Source: Bacillota bacterium
GTDB taxonomy: Bacteria; Bacillota; Clostridia; Acetivibrionales; DTU013
Length of the DNA: 64,000 nt
Assembly (NCBI GenBank): GCA_023409735.1
Contig: JAEYRB010000023.1
Coordinates: forward strand, 1,482 to 65,481
Reading direction: 5' to 3'
Shown piece by piece: positions 57,542 to 64,000 of the stretch; position 1 is the first letter of the stretch, and each line of letters opens with the position of its first letter. Under the pieces are notes generated by a model, which was given only the letters and a program-made list of their open reading frames with translations, did not search any database and had not been told where the DNA came from. The position numbers and the translations under genes are program-made.

Positions 57542-59082
57542 ACTGACTCCTTCCCGTTGGAGATTCCCTTTCCACAGTCGCTGATAACTCTATTGATAGC
57601 ATTTACATAAGCTTTTATACTGGCTTCGATTACGTCTGTGCTTACGCCTCTTCCAACAAATATCCGGTTATCCTTCATAACCCGGACAGTTGCTTCGCCA
57701 AGGGCATCCGCTCCCTCTGTAACACCCTTTAGACTGTAATCCTGAAGCTCCACTTCAAAGCCAACTGTCCTTTCAACTGCCTTGAATGCTGCATTTATCG
57801 GGCCGTCGCCTGTGGCAGCTTCAGTAAGAAGCTCTCCATCCTTGTACATGCTTACCGCAGCTGTTGCAATAAGTTTGTTTCCACTGTTGATCTGATAACT
57901 TTCCAGCTTATATGCCTCACAGATCTCTGCAACCTTTTCCTCCACTAAGGCCTCAATATCCCTGTCAAGAACGACCTTTTTCTTATCTGCCAGTGCCTTG
58001 AACTTCTCAAAGGCCTTAGCTACTTCATCTGGCGACAGATTGTAGCCCATTTCCTGTAACCGTTCATCAAAGGCATGCTTGCCGGAGAGCTTTCCGAGCA
58101 TCATCCTGTTTTGTGAAAGGCCTATTGATTCAGGTGTCATTATTTCATAGGTCGATTTTTCATTCATTACGCCATGCTGGTGTATACCTGACTCGTGTGC
58201 AAAGGCATTTGCCCCCACCACTGCTTTGTTAGGCTGGACCTTAATTCCGGTGAGGCTGCTGATTAGCTTTGAGGTTCGGTATATCTGTTTTGTGTCAATA
58301 TTATGGACTATATCTCCATAATAATCCCTTCTGGTATTGATGCCCATAATTATTTCTTCTACAGATGCATTGCCGGCTCTTTCACCAAGACCATTTATCG
58401 TACATTCTATCTGTGTGGCACCATTTCGCATTGCAGCAAGAGAATTTGCCACGGCAAGGCCGAGGTCATTATGACAGTGAACGCTGATATCTACCTTTTC
58501 GATACCCGGAACATTCTCCCTGATACCCTTTATTAGCTGACCGAATTCATCGGGAGATGAATAGCCCACTGTATCCGGAATATTGACAACAGTAGCTCCT
58601 GCCTTAATTACCTCCTCAATGATCCTATAAAGAAATTCTATCCTGGTCCTGCTGGCATCCTCGGCTGAAAACTCTACATCAGAGCAGTATTTTTTTGCGT
58701 ACCTGACCATAGCCGCTGCCCGTTCAAAAACCTCGTCCTCAGTCATCTTCAGCTTATATTTCATATGAATATCCGATGTGGCAATAAAGGTGTGTATTCG
58801 TGGAGCCTCTGCATTACACACAGCATCCCATGCCTTATCTATATCGATTTGAGTGGCTCTGCTGAGACTTGCGACAGTAACACCCTTTACATTTTCAGCT
58901 ATAGTCTTAACTGCAAGATAATCTCCCTGAGAGGCTATTGCAAAGCCTGCTTCAATTACATCAACTCCAAGCCGCGACAACTGCCTTGCAATCTCAAGCT
59001 TCTCCTGTATATTTAAGCTGACGCCGGGCGTCTGCTCCCCATCCCTTAAAGTAGTATCAAATATTTTTATTCTTGTAGCCAT
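57538..59082 (-). CDS. leuA: 2-isopropylmalate synthase
   Basis: IFDTTLRDGEQTPGVSL, HCHNDLGLAVANSLAA, and a C-terminal regulatory domain. The start is ATG 59082 or 59088, after GGGAGG. Confidence 0.9.
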   Translation of the reverse strand: MATRIKIFDTTLRDGEQTPGVSLNIQEKLEIARQLSRLGVDVIEAGFAIASQGDYLAVKTIAENVKGVTVASLSRATQIDIDKAWDAVCNAEAPRIHTFIATSDIHMKYKLKMTEDEVFERAAAMVRYAKKYCSDVEFSAEDASRTRIEFLYRIIEEVIKAGATVVNIPDTVGYSSPDEFGQLIKGIRENVPGIEKVDISVHCHNDLGLAVANSLAAMRNGATQIECTINGLGERAGNASVEEIIMGINTRRDYYGDIVHNIDTKQIYRTSKLISSLTGIKVQPNKAVVGANAFAHESGIHQHGVMNEKSTYEIMTPESIGLSQNRMMLGKLSGKHAFDERLQEMGYNLSPDEVAKAFEKFKALADKKKVVLDRDIEALVEEKVAEICEAYKLESYQINSGNKLIATAAVSMYKDGELLTEAATGDGPINAAFKAVERTVGFEVELQDYSLKGVTEGADALGEATVRVMKDNRIFVGRGVSTDVIEASIKAYVNAINRVISDCGKGISNGKESV

Positions 59083-59403
59083 ATACATCAAACCTCCCTG
59101 AACCTCATTGCACACAGCGCTTAATAAAACCCATTGATTATGTGATCGTGCAGCTTCACACTTGCTTTTTATGCCCTAACCTATTCGACATACAACGACC
59201 TGTCCCGACATACTAATCCACTCTTATTCGCCTTAATAAATCTTGTACTCTAAACAGATTCAATCTTTATTCTTGACCTAAATTAACCTACCATAACGTT
59301 TTTCAACATAATAACTTACTTTATCTTCTTTATTCTGCTTGGTGCTTTTACCACTTCATTTACAACAATCACCAGGCATACTATCTACCGCTGATCCTGC
59401 ACT

Positions 59404-60917
<1,514 letters not shown>

Positions 60918-60997
60918 ATCTTTATCTCCTTTGCCGGTATTTTTATTTAACGTTTCTCAAATTCATTTTAATCATAATCGCAAAGCTGTATAGAAAA

Positions 60998-61042
60998 CTT
61001 TTCGATTGTAGAAAAATTTTCTTTCTGCCGCTGTGTTTCAAC
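60998..61042 (-). repeat. Copy A of a 45-nt element, in the ilvB-ilvN spacer
   Basis: CTTTTCGATTGTAGAAAAATTTTCTTTCTGCCGCTGTGTTTCAAC. The first 22 nt and last 12 nt are identical to copy B at 62877-62920. Confidence 0.85.
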
Positions 61043-61117
61043 GAGGCGGACGTTTCTTTTCGCCTCGTTATAATGCTGAATTAATCGCTCTGTACTGCAA
61101 ATCCCCATACAGTAGAT

Positions 61118-62740
61118 CTACAGAGATGATTCAAAGGGATCTATCACACACTCCAGCAGGTATGGTTCATTATCCTCTGTCAACCGCTTCATGGCTCCTT
61201 CAACCTCAGATGCCTTCGATATCCGCTCGCCCTTGAAACCGTATGCTTTCGCGAGCATCACAAAATCAGGATTATTGTCGAGAAAAATCTGTGAGTAGCG
61301 GCTGCCATGCTTTAAATCCTGCAGCTCTCGAACCAGTCCCAGCCTTTGATTATTAAATAAAATAATTTTAACGCCGATATTATACTGCTTCATAGTGCCA
61401 AGCTCTTGCATTGACATCTGGAAGCTCCCGTCACCACTGACCACCACTACCGGTACATCAGGCTTTCCAAGCTTTGCACCGACTGCTGCAGGCAATCCAT
61501 AGCCCATTGTCCCAAGGCCGCCTGATGTAATAAAGGTTTTTGGTGTGCTGAATCTATAATTGTTTGCTGTCCATATCTGGTTCTGGCCTACCTCTGTGGC
61601 TATTACAGCATTCGTGGGCAAAAAGTCCGACAGTATAGAAAGCATGTTCTTCGGGTCGATACTATCGCTGTTATTTCTTTTCCTCTGCTTTAACTGATTT
61701 TTATGCGCTGCAACATTATCTACCCACTCTCTGTCGTCAGATGAACCTGCTATATCCAACAATTCCTTAAGGATCAGCTTTACATCTCCTACCAGCGGGA
61801 TTGATGCATCGATGTTTTTGCCTATTTCAGCAGGATCTATATCAATATGGATAATTGTCGCCTTTTCTGACAAAACAGCTGAGGATCCTATTGCCCTGTT
61901 ACCTGCCCTTGCCCCCAGAATAATCACTACGTCGGCATTATGCAGTGCATAATTGGCAGTATTGCTGCCATGTGAGCCTACCATACCGAAATGCAGGGGG
62001 TGTTCATAAGGAATTGAGCCTATACCCATCATAGTTGTAACTACCGGAATGTTGTACGCTTCAGCCAGCTTCTGCAGCTCCATTGAGGCATCTGACGCAA
62101 TAACACCACCGCCGGCACATATGATAGGTGCGCTTGCCTTTTCAATTGCCGTCAATGCTCTTTTAATCTGCACAGGGTGGCCTTTATATGTTGGCTTGTA
62201 GCCCTTTATACTGATCGTGTCAGGATAGTTGAACTCCAGTATGCTGTTCTGCACATCAACAGGCACATCAATTACTACAGGACCTTTGCGTCCTGTCCCT
62301 GCAATATGAAAAGCTTCCTTTATTATTCTTGGAAGATTATCTGCATTTTTTACAAGATAATTGTGCTTGCAAAAAGGTGCCGTCGCTCCGGTTATGTCAG
62401 CCTCCTGAAAGGCATCGGTTCCAATGAGCTCCCTGTCAACCTGTCCTGTAATAGCAACGATTGGAATGCTGTCCATATAGGCGTTTGCTATTCCTGTAAT
62501 CAGATTTGTCGCACCCGGGCCTGAGGTAGAGACGCAGACGCCCACCCTTCCTGTAACGCGTGCATATCCGTTTGCAGCATGGGCTGCACCCTGCTCATGC
62601 CGGGTGAGTATATGGCGAACATTTGAATCAACTAAGGCATCATAAAATGGTGAAATTGCAGCACCCGGATACCCAAAAACAGTACCGACACCTTCAAGCT
62701 CCAGTGCCTTAATAATTGCCTGAGCTCCTGTCATCCTCAT
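61118..62740 (-). CDS. ilvB: Acetolactate synthase large (catalytic, ThDP) subunit
   Basis: MTGAQAIIKALELEGVGTVFGYPGAAI N-terminus and ThDP motif GDGSFQMSMQELGT. 540 aa. Confidence 0.9.
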   Translation of the reverse strand: MRMTGAQAIIKALELEGVGTVFGYPGAAISPFYDALVDSNVRHILTRHEQGAAHAANGYARVTGRVGVCVSTSGPGATNLITGIANAYMDSIPIVAITGQVDRELIGTDAFQEADITGATAPFCKHNYLVKNADNLPRIIKEAFHIAGTGRKGPVVIDVPVDVQNSILEFNYPDTISIKGYKPTYKGHPVQIKRALTAIEKASAPIICAGGGVIASDASMELQKLAEAYNIPVVTTMMGIGSIPYEHPLHFGMVGSHGSNTANYALHNADVVIILGARAGNRAIGSSAVLSEKATIIHIDIDPAEIGKNIDASIPLVGDVKLILKELLDIAGSSDDREWVDNVAAHKNQLKQRKRNNSDSIDPKNMLSILSDFLPTNAVIATEVGQNQIWTANNYRFSTPKTFITSGGLGTMGYGLPAAVGAKLGKPDVPVVVVSGDGSFQMSMQELGTMKQYNIGVKIILFNNQRLGLVRELQDLKHGSRYSQIFLDNNPDFVMLAKAYGFKGERISKASEVEGAMKRLTEDNEPYLLECVIDPFESSL

Positions 62741-62876
62741 AAAATACCTCCTTCCATTTGGTTGACCTGTAAATCAGCAGTCATCAATAATATAAGTAAT
62801 CCTAATAAATAATCCTGAGTAATTTTGTTTATATGTGTCATTTAGCCTGTATATATAACACATCGGTTCATACGGA

Positions 62877-62920
62877 CTTTTCGATTGTAGAAAAATTTCT
62901 CTCAGTAACTGTGTTTCAAC
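62877..62920 (-). repeat. Copy B of the 45-nt element, in the ilvB leader downstream of the T-box terminator
   Basis: CTTTTCGATTGTAGAAAAATTTCTCTCAGTAACTGTGTTTCAAC. Confidence 0.85.
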
Positions 62921-63028
62921 AACACTGTGCATTTTTCATATTTGCTATAGCACTTTGGGTACATGGGTAATCCTTGCGTATCGCTATAATCCTTCAGTTA
63001 TGGAAAGCTTTTTCTGCCTCGTATGTAT

Positions 63029-63305
63029 AAAAAAACCCTCGTCAACTGCACATGATGCAGGGACGAAGGAATTCCGTCGTGGTACCACCCTGATTTGATA
63101 AGCAAAGTTATGCCCATCCTCGGCGTACTAATGTACTAACTGTAACGTAGTTAACGTCATCACCTGGACTATAAGGTTTCAATGATGATGCTCCGGAATG
63201 AGTTATACGCAAATACCGTGCGTCGGTTTTCACCTGCCACCGACTCTCTAAAGCACCGATATAATGCCTTTGTTCCTTCATTGCACTCATTTTTCAAATT
63301 AATTG
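63029..63305 (-). promoter_or_regulatory. T-box riboswitch leader, leucine specifier (CUC)
   Basis: The minus strand reads AGAGAGUCGGUGG... for stem I. Specifier UAA-CUC-A (63200-63202). T-box AAUCAGGGUGGUACCACGACGG (about 63073-63094). Terminator CCUUCGUCCCUGCA...UGCAGUUGACGAGGG plus U7 (63029-63070). Confidence 0.85.
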
Positions 63306-63311
63306 TATTAT

Positions 63312-63340
63312 ATATTAGTTTATGGCAGGTCATATGTCAA
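63312..63340 (-). promoter_or_regulatory. Sigma-A promoter of the ilv-leu operon
   Basis: The minus strand reads TTGACA (63335-63340) - 17 nt - TAATAT (63312-63317). Confidence 0.5.
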
Positions 63341-63535
63341 GGATATTTTTCATACTTCTTACCTAATTCACAACCAAGTTTTTACACTTTATTACCCTGC
63401 AATAAATCGAAGGTATAATTAATCCATTTTTATGTGCAAAATCATCTTTAAAGCTATAAATCAATCTCCATTTCTCCTACCACTTCATTAACCCAAGCAA
63501 ATTGAATATTACATCTCAAGCCTGCCTATAAAATG

Positions 63536-63566
63536 GCAAAAAATAACCAGCTCCTTTTTAGCTGGT
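63536..63566 (-). terminator. Intrinsic terminator after the coiled-coil gene
   Basis: ACCAGCT-7 nt-AGCTGGT hairpin, followed on the minus strand by TTATTTTTT. Confidence 0.6.
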
Positions 63567-63581
63567 ATGTTATTCTATCTA

Positions 63582-63947
63582 TTACTTTACTCTTTTTAAG
63601 ATTACTTCATGTTCATTTAGCTTTGTATCAACGCCTATCACATATTCCTTGACTATTGTCATATTTTTTTCAAGTCCATCGACTTTTATTTCAAGTCCAT
63701 CGACTTTTATTTCAAGTTTATCAACCTTTGTTTCAATTTTATCAACCTTTGTCTCAAGCCTATCCATTTTTTCATTTAAAATACTATGTCCTTCGGCTAT
63801 TGCCTTAACATCCTTACGCAGGTCTTCAACGAGCGTTCCTGTGTGCCGTTTCATTTCTTCAACCTTTTCATCAAATTTCTTTCCCATTTTATCCATGTTT
63901 GTTTCAAACATATCTTTTATTGCAATAAGCAATTCATCATTATCCAT
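63582..63947 (-). CDS. Small coiled-coil protein with five tandem heptads (xKVDxLE)
   Basis: GGAGG lies 8 nt before ATG 63947 (MDNDELLIAIKDMFE...). Central LETKVDKIETKVDKLEIKVDGLEIKVDGLEKN. 121 aa. Confidence 0.6.
   Translation of the reverse strand: MDNDELLIAIKDMFETNMDKMGKKFDEKVEEMKRHTGTLVEDLRKDVKAIAEGHSILNEKMDRLETKVDKIETKVDKLEIKVDGLEIKVDGLEKNMTIVKEYVIGVDTKLNEHEVILKRVK
63670..63774 (-). repeat. Five tandem 21-bp units (coding heptad repeats)
   Basis: TCAAGTCCATCGACTTTTATT twice and identical (63670-63711), then three diverged units to 63774. Confidence 0.85.
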
Positions 63948-64000
63948 TTTGGCAACCTCCTGACTAATACATAATATCAAAAATTCTAAATTACATCACA

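Noticed and set aside
60998-61020. CodY box within the duplicated ilv element
   Set aside because: The best alignment to AATTTTCWGAAAATT has about 5 mismatches in 15. That is too weak to call from sequence alone, so it is kept only as one hypothesis.
62741-63028. Possible ykkC-subtype (ppGpp) riboswitch in tandem with the Leu T-box
   Set aside because: I looked for the conserved GGUCCGAGAG, ACACGG and GGGA blocks on the operon strand and found none. The spacer stays unexplained (see findings).
63108-63290. 60-aa minus-strand ORF
   Set aside because: It lies inside the Leu T-box leader (stem I to antiterminator). The sequence is explained by RNA structure.
63670-63774. Regular 21-bp repeats that might suggest a CRISPR-like or satellite array
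   Set aside because: There are no spacers, the period is a multiple of 3, and the units lie inside an ORF encoding heptads. They are coding tandem repeats.

Overview
This window looks like a chromosomal segment from a low-GC, endospore-forming Firmicute, probably Clostridia-like. The evidence is the yabO-yabP-yabQ-divIC-yabR synteny, two T-box leaders and GGAGG-type ribosome binding sites (RBS).

I can support about 58 protein-coding genes, 2 tRNAs, 2 T-box riboswitches, several sigma-A-type promoters and intrinsic terminators, one frameshifted gene and a few gene remnants.

Layout, left to right:
- 1-11 kb: partial AEC transporter, Ku-LigD NHEJ operon, frameshifted GNAT gene, SDR gene, and a TetR-controlled ABC exporter.
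- 11.6-16.4 kb: lipoprotein serpin, Tyr T-box plus tyrS, and a MATE pump.
- 17-22.6 kb: LUD-domain gene and a TetR-led six-gene redox operon.
- 22.6-24.5 kb: a strikingly GC-rich pncB-pncA pair.
- 24.8-27.1 kb: two very AT-rich uncharacterised genes, then tRNA-fMet and tRNA-Leu.
- 27.2-30.7 kb: the conserved yabR-divIC-yabQ-yabP-yabO-hup-mazG block.
- 30.9-33.3 kb: an MBOAT plus SGNH-like pair.
- 33.7-52.5 kb: an accessory metabolic island, described below.
- 52.8-55.9 kb: HAD hydrolase, methyltransferase, L,D-transpeptidase and one hypothetical gene.
- 56-63.3 kb: a Leu-T-box-controlled ilvB-ilvN-ilvC-leuA-cimA operon.
- 63.6-63.9 kb: a heptad-repeat coiled-coil gene.

The best candidates for something undescribed are in the 34-52 kb island:
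- A nine-gene operon joins a peptide-type ABC importer to five different hydrolase-like enzymes.
- Next to it sit a PucR regulator, a family-III CoA-transferase and a two-subunit 2-hydroxyacyl-CoA dehydratase, with no activator ATPase nearby.

A second candidate is unexplained repeat architecture behind both T-box terminators. A 45-nt element from the ilvB leader is duplicated in an unusually long ilvB-ilvN spacer.

I saw no CRISPR array, intact mobile element, integrase or recognisable defence system.

All functional calls come from motif and family recognition by eye. No database search was run.
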